From a virus, in IMG/VR virus record IMGVR_UViG_3300021590_000003, positions 1 through 34,186 of that record: a stretch of DNA of 34,186 nt. The stretch is one strand, 5' to 3'. Below, piece by piece: positions 26,561 through 34,186 of the stretch. Within the stretch, counting starts at the first letter, position 1, and every line of letters starts with the position of its first letter. Both the position numbers and the translations under genes were made by a program. Under the pieces are notes generated by a model that searched no databases, was not told where the DNA came from, and saw only the letters and a list, made by a program, of their open reading frames with translations.

Positions 26561-26843
26561 AAGATATTCTTTATGAATTTGTATTACTTTTTTATTTTAT
26601 CTTTATGAAGATTCCCAGCTACTTCTGAGATTCTCTTTATGTTAATTTTAATATCGAAAAAAAAAAGAAAAAAAAAATATTCCTCTAATTTTCTTCTTGC
26701 AATTTCGCAGAAGAGGGATGCGAAGTTCAGTTGCGACTTCGTGATGCAAAATTTCCTACTCCTGCAAAATTCGCATGGGTCCCTCAAAAAATGGCATGTT
26801 TTCCGGCATTTTTTTATCACCATTATTATATTATTTTTATCCA

Positions 26844-26875
26844 TATATAAAGGTTTATGGTTTTAAAGTAAGTAC
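26844..26875 (-). promoter_or_regulatory. Class A promoter (leftward)
   Basis: TATA 26844-26851, 16-bp spacer, box 26868-26875. Confidence 0.65.
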
Positions 26876-27098
26876 CTTTGGTCTTTAATAATTTGTGTTA
26901 TCCTGGTTCATTATCCCTCTCATCTCTTGTTATCCTCCCTCTGTCTTTTCTTACTGTATCATCTTTTGTCATCCTTCCTATCCCTCTTCATACATGTTAT
27001 TATCTTTTTCTTCTTTTTTTAATCCTATTATTAAATTTTCTTTAAGTGGTCGAAAAGCTTTTATATACCTATATCTTATATATTATCGGTGATGTGAA

Positions 27099-27254
27099 AT
27101 GGATAAGATAGAGCAAATCAAATCCCTGGTAGAAGATTGGAAAAGAGAAGTAGAAGAGAACAGAAACCCTCTGAAAGAGAAGAGTGATTGGGAAAAAGGA
27201 GCCTTTGATGTATTAGAAACAGTAGTACAAGAATTAGAAAAAGTTCTTTATTAG
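27099..27254 (+). CDS. 51-aa helical protein (missing from the ORF track)
   Basis: MDKIEQIKSLVEDWKREVEE..ELEKVLY*; CGAAAAG-CTTTTATATA BRE/TATA and GGTGAT upstream, oligo-T downstream. Confidence 0.7.
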   Translation: MDKIEQIKSLVEDWKREVEENRNPLKEKSDWEKGAFDVLETVVQELEKVLY

Positions 27255-27567
27255 TCTTTTTTTATTTTTTATTGATCTATAGGAAAAACTTATTTCATTT
27301 TTATAATATTAGCTTATCTCATACATAGAGGGGGAGAGGGGAAGGGGAAGGTAATATAACAAAACACTAAATTTTAAAATATTAAATACAAACAAATAAA
27401 AAAAACACTAAAACTATAAATATAAAAATCATACATAAAAATGTATAAAAACATGTCATTCATATACACAAAGATGTATAAAGAAAATTTTAGGATATCG
27501 AAAGTCTTATATAGGAAGAGGACATATATTTTATTATAAGAACACTAAAAAAGAAAAGATAGCCAAA

Positions 27568-27819
27568 ATGAAAGATGTAACTCAAGTTTATGGGATACGA
27601 TGCAAAGTAGAAAATGATAAAATTCAGGATTGGGACTATGATTCTCTTACCAACATTACATTTCTCTATAAACAAAGGTGTGCATTATTCAAGGACATTC
27701 AAGAAGATGGTATGGCTGTCCCGGAGTTTTTCTTTGAAATCAAGCGTGATATGTTGATACTAAGGGATTTGGTGTCAGGAAAGTTTAATATTTTGTTGGT
27801 GATTGAAGAGGAAAACTGA
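27568..27819 (+). CDS. Hypothetical protein
   Basis: ORF track, 83 aa. Confidence 0.55.
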   Translation: MKDVTQVYGIRCKVENDKIQDWDYDSLTNITFLYKQRCALFKDIQEDGMAVPEFFFEIKRDMLILRDLVSGKFNILLVIEEEN

Positions 27820-27922
27820 GATGGGAAAATATATGCAAATTTAAAGGATTTGATAAATGGTAAGAACGGGTGGAAAGTTTTAGATGAAAACAAACGTTTC
27901 AATATGGAAGATTTAATGATAC

Positions 27923-28264
27923 GTGGATCTACTTGGGATAGTATTTGGATTCGAGTTGTTGGGGAGTGAGCAAGAAGACATGGAGCATTTATATAATATC
28001 ATGAATTCAGAAAAGCGTTTCATACGATTTATGGTTGAAAATTCTATATCGAAAAGAATGAGAGTATTTAGGGATGGTAGGCTCATTTCAGAAGATGAAG
28101 GTTATTTAGAAATAGATGCAACAAAAGATGTTATATCAGTTGATGAATATAATAAACTCGGTGAACATGTTGGTGGTGTCATAATGAATTGGAAATCCTA
28201 TGAAGTAATGAAAGAATATTTGGAAGATTTGAAAATGAAGATAGGATTAAATGACAATGAATGA
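27923..28264 (+). CDS. Hypothetical protein (start uncertain)
   Basis: ORF track, 113 aa, overlaps the pyrE start. Confidence 0.55.
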   Translation: MDLLGIVFGFELLGSEQEDMEHLYNIMNSEKRFIRFMVENSISKRMRVFRDGRLISEDEGYLEIDATKDVISVDEYNKLGEHVGGVIMNWKSYEVMKEYLEDLKMKIGLNDNE

Positions 28265-28883
28265 CTACAAACGTGAATTCTTGTTGCATTTGGTGGGGAC
28301 GGGTGCGATAAAGTTTGGGTCGTTTAGACTGAAGAGTGGACGTTTATCAGCTTATTTCATCAATATCGCAGATGCGATGCGAACAGGAAAAGATGCATTG
28401 AAGGTTGCAGATGTGTATGTTAAGAAAATAGAGGAAGCTAAAATCAACTTCAACTTCATTTATGGCATTGCATATAAAGGGATTTCACTCGCTGCACTTA
28501 TAGCTATGCGATATGCTCAGAAGGGTATTGATGTTAGATGGGGTTATAATCGTAAAATGGAAAAAGATCACGGTGAAGGCGGGATGATAGTCGGTGATAT
28601 TCAGAGAGGGGATAGAGTTTTAATCGTAGATGATGTAATTTCGAGCGGTTTTACAAAGTTGGAGTCTTGGTTGAAACTGGATTATAGTTTTGAGGACATT
28701 AAACCGGCTGGTGTTTTGGTAGGAGTAGATCGTGAAGAAATGGATAATGGTTATAGAAAGAGGTTTGAGGAATATGGTTTGTGTATATATTCGATACTTT
28801 CAGCATCCGATATATTTGATTATATAGGAGGTAAATATGATTGTAACAAAATTGGGAGATATGATAGTAGTGAATGTGGATAA
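28251..28883 (+). CDS. pyrE: Orotate phosphoribosyltransferase
   Basis: GAIKFGSFRLKSGRLSAYF, YGIAYKGI, NRKMEKDHGEGG, VLIVDDVISSG (PRPP loop), VDRE. Confidence 0.9.
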   Translation: MTMNDYKREFLLHLVGTGAIKFGSFRLKSGRLSAYFINIADAMRTGKDALKVADVYVKKIEEAKINFNFIYGIAYKGISLAALIAMRYAQKGIDVRWGYNRKMEKDHGEGGMIVGDIQRGDRVLIVDDVISSGFTKLESWLKLDYSFEDIKPAGVLVGVDREEMDNGYRKRFEEYGLCIYSILSASDIFDYIGGKYDCNKIGRYDSSECG

Positions 28884-29136
28884 AGATAATTTTTATTGTG
28901 AACGAGAAGGGAGTAATCTTGTAGATATTTGGGAGGAGCATGCACGATACATGGGTGAGGAAGATATGCTTTATGTGCGACAGGTAGAAGGAGAAGATTT
29001 AAGTGAAGATATGCAAAAACTAATTAAGAATTTCCGGAATGCAGGTAAGACAATTGAATATATGGATAAAGATCGCTATGATGCATATAAAGGAGAAGTA
29101 CATTTTCATACAGAAAATTTTGAAAATGAGGAATGA
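28837..29136 (+). CDS. Hypothetical acidic protein
   Basis: ORF track, 99 aa; GGAGGT ribosome-binding site. Confidence 0.6.
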   Translation: MIVTKLGDMIVVNVDKDNFYCEREGSNLVDIWEEHARYMGEEDMLYVRQVEGEDLSEDMQKLIKNFRNAGKTIEYMDKDRYDAYKGEVHFHTENFENEE

Positions 29137-29402
29137 TAAAAGTTCCTATTCTTGATAATAGAGAAGATCGTAATTGGTTTCATCAGTTTGAACATCCTGT
29201 TTATACTATGCTCGGCGGGAATAATAAATCAGTAGAACGAAAATTGAAGCAGGATATGAAGCTGTTGAAATGGCGAGAGTGGTGGAAGAATCCTCGTAAG
29301 AAAATAGACTTGTTGAGTGGTACAGAAGATGGTTGTAGATGGAGAGTTCGATTAATTGTGAATTCTTTTGGTGATATGTCAGTAGTGTTTGACTTCACTT
29401 AG
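29133..29402 (+). CDS. Hypothetical protein
   Basis: ORF track, 89 aa; ATGA overlap. Confidence 0.55.
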   Translation: MIKVPILDNREDRNWFHQFEHPVYTMLGGNNKSVERKLKQDMKLLKWREWWKNPRKKIDLLSGTEDGCRWRVRLIVNSFGDMSVVFDFT

Positions 29403-29511
29403 TTTCGGGACTTATATATATTATATGAGGAAGATAATATTTTATAAAAGGAGCGCGCGGCGCGCGGGGCGGCGGCGGGTGATATATGATACAGAAGAAG
29501 GAGGATGAAAC

Positions 29512-31032
29512 ATGTCTCTCAAATATTCAATTATTGTTTTACCATCTCTCTTCAGAAAAGAAAAATTAGAAAGTTTGCTATTAACAGCAACTGTTAGCAC
29601 AGAGTTGATAGCAGTAGATAGTGACTATAATAATGATACAAAGGAATATTTTAGGCAATACATCGATAATTTTTATCGGATAATATATCTTCCCTCACGT
29701 TCTAAGGATAAGAAGGTTAAGCTTCAGTATGCTTCTTTATGGAATACAGGTTTTCTTTATGCAGAAGGTGATTGGATAGTTTGTATCAAGCCAGGGATAG
29801 AACCGTCTCCTGAGTTTTTATGGCATCTTGATTTAAGTGTCACTGAGATCGAGAGTAGGGAGCAGAGTAAAGATTTTGCGATATTATGTGGTAAGTCAGT
29901 ACAATTCTTGAATGATAATGGTAGCAGGTATGATAAGTTATGTGATTGTGCTTATCTTTCTTTTGATGTAGCAGTTTTTCCCTGGAAGTATCTGAATATT
30001 GTGAATGGCTATGATGAACTTTATGATTATATAGGTTCTGACGTCGAAGACGCAGATAAAGATTTCTTCTGTCGGTTAGGTAGGTCTGGCTGTCATGTTT
30101 ATTTTGATAAGGAATTGTCAAATTCTTATGACACTTATCCTTCATTCCGTTTTCAATTTACTGAACCATTGATAAATCTTTTTCATTTCCAGCGCTATCA
30201 AATAAAACACGGTAAAGTCAGAGCATTTAACGATTTTAATTATTCGAATGACAATATTAAATACATTGCCTTTCGTGAACCTTTCGAATTAGTTGGAAAA
30301 GATCAGTTTGAAATTTTGAGAGTACAGAATAATGAGTTTACAGTGAGATGTGATGGTAAGGAGTTGTGCTTGAATACCTATTCGCAGAACGATTTTGTTT
30401 CATCGTGGATTTCTAATGTTGGCTATTATGAAATTGGTTTACTTCGTGAGTTAGTGAAATATACGAAGAACAAAGTTGTATTCGATATTGGTGCATACGT
30501 AGGTACTCATAGCATTTACATCGCTAAATTTGGTAATCCTGAAACTGTTTATGCCTTTGAACCTGATCCAAAAAATTTTGGCTTACTAAAAAAGAATATA
30601 GAAGCTAATTCACTAGATAATGTTGTTCCTATAAACAAGGGTGTATGGGAATTTGATGGTACAGTTAATTTCAAGATAGCAGATGCATCTAATAGGGGCG
30701 TAAGCAAAGTAGATTATGCAGGTGATACTACTATTCAAGTTGTATCTCTTGATAGTTTTTGTGGTGATGGCAAGTGTGATTGCATGAAGATTGATATTGA
30801 AGGTAATGAGTTAAAAGTCTTAGAAGGCGCAAGAAAGATAATTACTGACAGCCGTCCTGTCTTAGCTATCGAAGTACACGGTACGAAATTTGAATTTCCT
30901 GATTGGATGTTAAAGTTGGGTTATAAAGTAAAGAAAATTAGGTCAGGCAATATGAATCATGTGGTGCTTGTTCATGGTGTACACAATTCAAATTATAAAC
31001 CGTTAGAGAAAATTATCGAATTTCCTATTTAA
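29512..31032 (+). CDS. Fusion of a GT-A (GT2-like) domain and an FkbM-family methyltransferase
   Basis: N-terminal SIIV..ELIAVD..WNTG..AEGDW..NGYDE..ED.DKDFFCRL; C-terminal VFDIGAYVG, YAFEPDP, MKIDIEGNE, RPVLAIE. Confidence 0.85.
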   Translation: MSLKYSIIVLPSLFRKEKLESLLLTATVSTELIAVDSDYNNDTKEYFRQYIDNFYRIIYLPSRSKDKKVKLQYASLWNTGFLYAEGDWIVCIKPGIEPSPEFLWHLDLSVTEIESREQSKDFAILCGKSVQFLNDNGSRYDKLCDCAYLSFDVAVFPWKYLNIVNGYDELYDYIGSDVEDADKDFFCRLGRSGCHVYFDKELSNSYDTYPSFRFQFTEPLINLFHFQRYQIKHGKVRAFNDFNYSNDNIKYIAFREPFELVGKDQFEILRVQNNEFTVRCDGKELCLNTYSQNDFVSSWISNVGYYEIGLLRELVKYTKNKVVFDIGAYVGTHSIYIAKFGNPETVYAFEPDPKNFGLLKKNIEANSLDNVVPINKGVWEFDGTVNFKIADASNRGVSKVDYAGDTTIQVVSLDSFCGDGKCDCMKIDIEGNELKVLEGARKIITDSRPVLAIEVHGTKFEFPDWMLKLGYKVKKIRSGNMNHVVLVHGVHNSNYKPLEKIIEFPI

Positions 31033-31045
31033 ATAAAGTTTATAT

Positions 31046-31720
31046 ATGAAGCATAAGATAATCTGTGGTGATTGCATCGAGGTTATGAAGGAAATGGAAA
31101 GTGATAGCGTGGATTTGGTTTTAACTGATCCGCCGTACAATGCTCAAATAAAATATGGAAATAATTTCGATGATAGTAAAGAATGGAAGAAATATTCTCG
31201 ATGGCTTTTAAAAGCTATTAAGGAAAGTGAGCGAATATCTAAAGGTCCTGTGATGGTTTTTCTTTCAAACAGAGGAATGAGGGAGATGATAAGATTATAT
31301 CAGCCGCATTGGGTATGTGCGTGGGTTCGAGGACCGGGGAATCCAGCAGGTAATATAAATGGAACACTCATGATTCCTTATTGGGAACCATGTCTTGTTT
31401 ATGGAAATGTGAAAAGAGTCAGAGCTCGGTTACATGATACTTGGATTTTTTCTCATGAAATGAAAAGAACAAATCATCCATGTCCTAAATCTCTTAGTCT
31501 GATCGAAAGAATAATTAGTTCTGGAGAGTGGAATACAATTTTAGATCCTTTTCTTGGTTCAGGAACAACTTTAGTGGCAGCAGAACGATTGGGGAGAAAT
31601 AGCATAGGAATTGAAATATTCAAAGAATATTGTGAAATTGCATACAAGAGATTATTAAAAGAAGTTAAGCAGAGTAAATTAGATAGGGGACTTTCAACAA
31701 TAGAACGAATTGGATTTTAA
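31046..31720 (+). CDS. DNA N4-cytosine/N6-adenine methyltransferase, beta class
   Basis: TDPPY before HPCPK and DPFLGSGTT. Confidence 0.92.
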   Translation: MKHKIICGDCIEVMKEMESDSVDLVLTDPPYNAQIKYGNNFDDSKEWKKYSRWLLKAIKESERISKGPVMVFLSNRGMREMIRLYQPHWVCAWVRGPGNPAGNINGTLMIPYWEPCLVYGNVKRVRARLHDTWIFSHEMKRTNHPCPKSLSLIERIISSGEWNTILDPFLGSGTTLVAAERLGRNSIGIEIFKEYCEIAYKRLLKEVKQSKLDRGLSTIERIGF

Positions 31721-31723
31721 TAT

Positions 31724-31939
31724 GTGTGGATGAAAGAAAATGAAATTCTAAACAATATTTTGTATAATCGTAGAACTTCTGAAATTAGTTTTGGTGCAGA
31801 GATTGATTCGGTCGATTCAAAACAAAATAAAATAACATTTCAATTAGGAGATTTAGATATGAAGATTTTTCTACGCTTTCTTCATGAATTAGATGTTGAT
31901 AATCCTCTATTTAAAATAAAGCTTCAGTTAGAAGATTGA
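31724..31939 (+). CDS. Hypothetical protein
   Basis: ORF track, 71 aa. Confidence 0.5.
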   Translation: MWMKENEILNNILYNRRTSEISFGAEIDSVDSKQNKITFQLGDLDMKIFLRFLHELDVDNPLFKIKLQLED

Positions 31940-31940
31940 A

Positions 31941-32618
31941 ATGCAAGCTTGGGAGATAGAAACTCGTAAGGGCGTTTCACTTTTTGTGGGTATTCCTTAT
32001 ATTCCTACCTTTAGATATACTCATTGTGTGGTAGAAGATTCTTGGCGAAATGCATGGCAACCTCCGAATACGATTTGGCGTAAGAATTTTGCGTTTGGTG
32101 TAGCAACTGCACGTGAACAATTAGCAGAAGAGTTTTTGGCTACGGGTTATACACATTTTTTACATCTCGATTGTGATATTGTTTTGCGACAGGATACTAT
32201 TGCACGTATGCTTGAGTTAGATGCTGATGTAGTAGTAGCGCGTTATCATGATAAGTCTCCATTACGATTGCCTCAAGCATTTAGGCATAGTCAAGTACCA
32301 TTCAGAAGAGATGGACCGATTGATTTCAAAACAAATGAGATATTTGAGTTTCCTCGTCCTGATGGTGATGTACTACTGTCAGGGCTTGGTTGTGTTCTTG
32401 TTAAACGAGAAGTATTTGAAAAGCTAAAAAGACCGTTTTATTTATTTAGCTCCGAACATGAAGAACTCGATGACTATGATAGAGTTTCTGAAGATTTCTT
32501 TTTCTTACTTAAAGTTCAAAACGAAGCAAAAGCTAAAGTTGTTTATGCTCCGTCTATAAGTGTTGGTCATGTTGGTGAAGTGATAGTATGGGACAAAGAT
32601 AATATTCAGTTTATATAA
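31941..32618 (+). CDS. GT-A (family 2-like) glycosyltransferase
   Basis: AREQLA, FLHLDCD (DxD motif), GLGCVLVKREVF, SEDFFF, VGHVG. Confidence 0.85.
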   Translation: MQAWEIETRKGVSLFVGIPYIPTFRYTHCVVEDSWRNAWQPPNTIWRKNFAFGVATAREQLAEEFLATGYTHFLHLDCDIVLRQDTIARMLELDADVVVARYHDKSPLRLPQAFRHSQVPFRRDGPIDFKTNEIFEFPRPDGDVLLSGLGCVLVKREVFEKLKRPFYLFSSEHEELDDYDRVSEDFFFLLKVQNEAKAKVVYAPSISVGHVGEVIVWDKDNIQFI

Positions 32619-32687
32619 GGATCTTTGTTGAGTAACACGGATTCATTAATTAGTAATAAGAAAACTGTGACATTATGGTATATAGTG

Positions 32688-32780
32688 AGGAGGATTAAGC
32701 TAATAACCTCCTTGTCATTGCAACTTTGCAATGGCAGGTAATAACCTCTGGGAGATTGTAAGAAAAAATACAATCTCCCA
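32688..32780 (+). other. Structured intergenic segment: two TAATAACCTC repeats, each followed by a long hairpin
   Basis: Repeats at 32701 and 32739; hairpins 32711-32738 and 32749-32780 (the latter a perfect 12-bp stem). Confidence 0.65.
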
Positions 32781-32809
32781 CTATAATTAATACATATAAG
32801 GAGGAGGAA

Positions 32810-33466
32810 ATGAAATTAGGTATTCTATCCGTTTTGATAGCACTTGTGTTATGTATAGGAAGTGTTTCGGCTTTTTCTTCAATAGATTACATTATTCAGG
32901 CAAGCGATGCAGTGGTAAGTGTTAATATGAAGTATTCAAACATCTTTGAGAACGAGACTATATTGGGTTCTCAGGTTGTAAGGCTTGATCATATGGATGT
33001 TACAAGTGCTGGTATGATAATGGGAGATGATAGTGGTGTAGCTCTAAATAATACTTTGAGAGCAGTGCCCGTGAGAAATTGTTTAATTTCGTCTGGCATG
33101 ATAAATCAGAATTTTGCGAGTGCAGTTCGTACAAATGGATCTTATGATTTTGGAGTAACCGGTTTTCGAGCAGATGGGCGAATGATGGATTTAGTATCTG
33201 ATGTTCAGGCGGAGTCAGGAGCTCTTTCTCATGTTGTTCGAGGGCAGGTTGCTGGCAGTGTTGGTATGGGGCTTACTACTCAAACTCCTACGAATAGATT
33301 CGAAAGTGTAGTTCGTTCACGCTCTGTGCTTCAGAATGTTATGATGAATGCAAACTGGCAGATGCCTCAGCCAGCAGTGGAGATTGAAGTGCCAAGTTCG
33401 GATATTTCGTCGCTTTGTGTTTGGGCGACTCAGTCATCTTATCCTGTGTTTCCTATATCAGCATAA
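32810..33466 (+). CDS. Secreted or surface protein with signal peptide
   Basis: MKLGILSVLIALVLCIGSVSA (Sec-type signal), S/V/G-rich beta-like body, several NxS/T sequons (NET, NNT, NGS). Confidence 0.7.
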   Translation: MKLGILSVLIALVLCIGSVSAFSSIDYIIQASDAVVSVNMKYSNIFENETILGSQVVRLDHMDVTSAGMIMGDDSGVALNNTLRAVPVRNCLISSGMINQNFASAVRTNGSYDFGVTGFRADGRMMDLVSDVQAESGALSHVVRGQVAGSVGMGLTTQTPTNRFESVVRSRSVLQNVMMNANWQMPQPAVEIEVPSSDISSLCVWATQSSYPVFPISA

Positions 33467-33525
33467 TTAATATTTTCTATTCATATTTTTTGTATATTTT
33501 TATTGTTGAGAGAAGAAAGAGACAA

Positions 33526-34186
33526 ATGAGTTTGGTAAGCATCATATTTCCGATGTTTTTTACTGTTACTGATAAGATGTATAAATTCTATGGAGGACTT
33601 GAAGTACGTACGTTATATCTTGCTAAGCTATTAGGCGAAGATGGACACGAAGTTAGTGTTTTAGCGCCTCGTGGTTCACATCTTTCTTATAAAAATGTTA
33701 AAGTGTTAACGGGTAATTACAGACCTTGGGATGGAAAGACACTTCATCCCGTTGATTTAGAAAAGGATTTAGTTGAATCTAATTTGGAAGTTCTTAGTGA
33801 AAGTGATGCAGTACTTGAAGATAATCATTTTCATCACTACCATTATCTAAAATCTAAGGATCCAGAGAATTTTCCGCATTTAGCGATGTCTTGGGATCAT
33901 CATCCTGATAATATTTCCTCACTACCTAATTTTCCTTGTCATGTTATAGCGGTTTCTAAATGGGTGATGTCTGCGCTTCGAGAGAAATTTAAGAATCTTG
34001 GTCATTATTTCTATTGGGCATATTCCGGATTAGTTTTAGAGAATTATCCTGAAGTTGACATTCACGATAAACAAGAAAATCTTTATATATTCTTAGCTCG
34101 TTTTTCGATGGTGAAGTCTCCTCATGTTATAATAGAATTGGCTAAGGAATTTCCTGATGACGAATTTGTTTTGATGGGTGATACTT
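33526..34186 (+). CDS. GT-B (family 4-like) glycosyltransferase, cut by the window edge (missing from the ORF track)
   Basis: Manual translation: YGGLEVRTLYLAKLLGEDGHEVSVLA..IAVSKW..IFLARFSMVKSPHVIIELAK. Confidence 0.85.
   Translation, partial: MSLVSIIFPMFFTVTDKMYKFYGGLEVRTLYLAKLLGEDGHEVSVLAPRGSHLSYKNVKVLTGNYRPWDGKTLHPVDLEKDLVESNLEVLSESDAVLEDNHFHHYHYLKSKDPENFPHLAMSWDHHPDNISSLPNFPCHVIAVSKWVMSALREKFKNLGHYFYWAYSGLVLENYPEVDIHDKQENLYIFLARFSMVKSPHVIIELAKEFPDDEFVLMGDT

Noticed and set aside
26106-27092. Plus-strand ORFs 26106..26318, 26312..26494, 26639..26866 and 26895..27092 as membrane proteins
   Set aside because: Their hydrophobicity comes from translating T-rich repeats; no promoter or RBS support.
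24290-27480. Long inverted repeat between the T-rich 24300-24370 and A-rich 27360-27480 tracts
   Set aside because: Only short matches (AAAAACACTAAAA, TACACAAA) in low-complexity sequence, not distinguishable from chance by eye.
27490-30145. Minus-strand ORFs in the right arm (27490..27675, 27699..27902, 28699..28941, 29201..29398, 29840..30145)
   Set aside because: Antisense to better supported plus-strand genes.
31046-31720. Restriction-modification system
   Set aside because: No adjacent nuclease-like gene; treated as an orphan methyltransferase.
1-34186. Integrase, att sites, transposase, DNA polymerase, helicase, NrdG
   Set aside because: No recognisable motifs in this window; they may lie outside it.

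Overview
A 34 kb AT-rich piece of what is most likely a large virus (or virus-like element) of an anaerobic archaeon. The host call is inferred from TTTATATA boxes, GGTGAT/GGAGGT ribosome-binding sites, an AEP primase with a PriL-like tail, an ERCC4 nuclease, a RadB-like ATPase and a class III ribonucleotide reductase. A leftward arm (1-24.2 kb, minus strand) carries nucleotide metabolism (dCTP deaminase, NrdD, DUF1599/Nmad1-like), an ATP-dependent RNA ligase, ClpP and DUF47/PhoU, a recombination/replication set (PD-(D/E)XK nuclease, ERCC4, metallophosphoesterase, RadB-like, SSB-like, fused primase), many small Zn-finger and hypothetical genes, and one tRNA-like gene with an 80-nt structured insert in place of the anticodon loop. 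A largely non-coding divergence zone (24.2-27.5 kb) holds two families of repeated promoter elements and an iteron-like array. A rightward arm (27.5-34.2 kb) carries pyrE and a glycosyltransferase / FkbM / DNA methyltransferase / secreted-protein island. No terminase, portal, full capsid protein, DNA polymerase, helicase, integrase or CRISPR array is visible here. Several genes are broken at A/T homopolymers, probably by sequencing errors. All protein calls come from motif recognition by eye; no database search was run.
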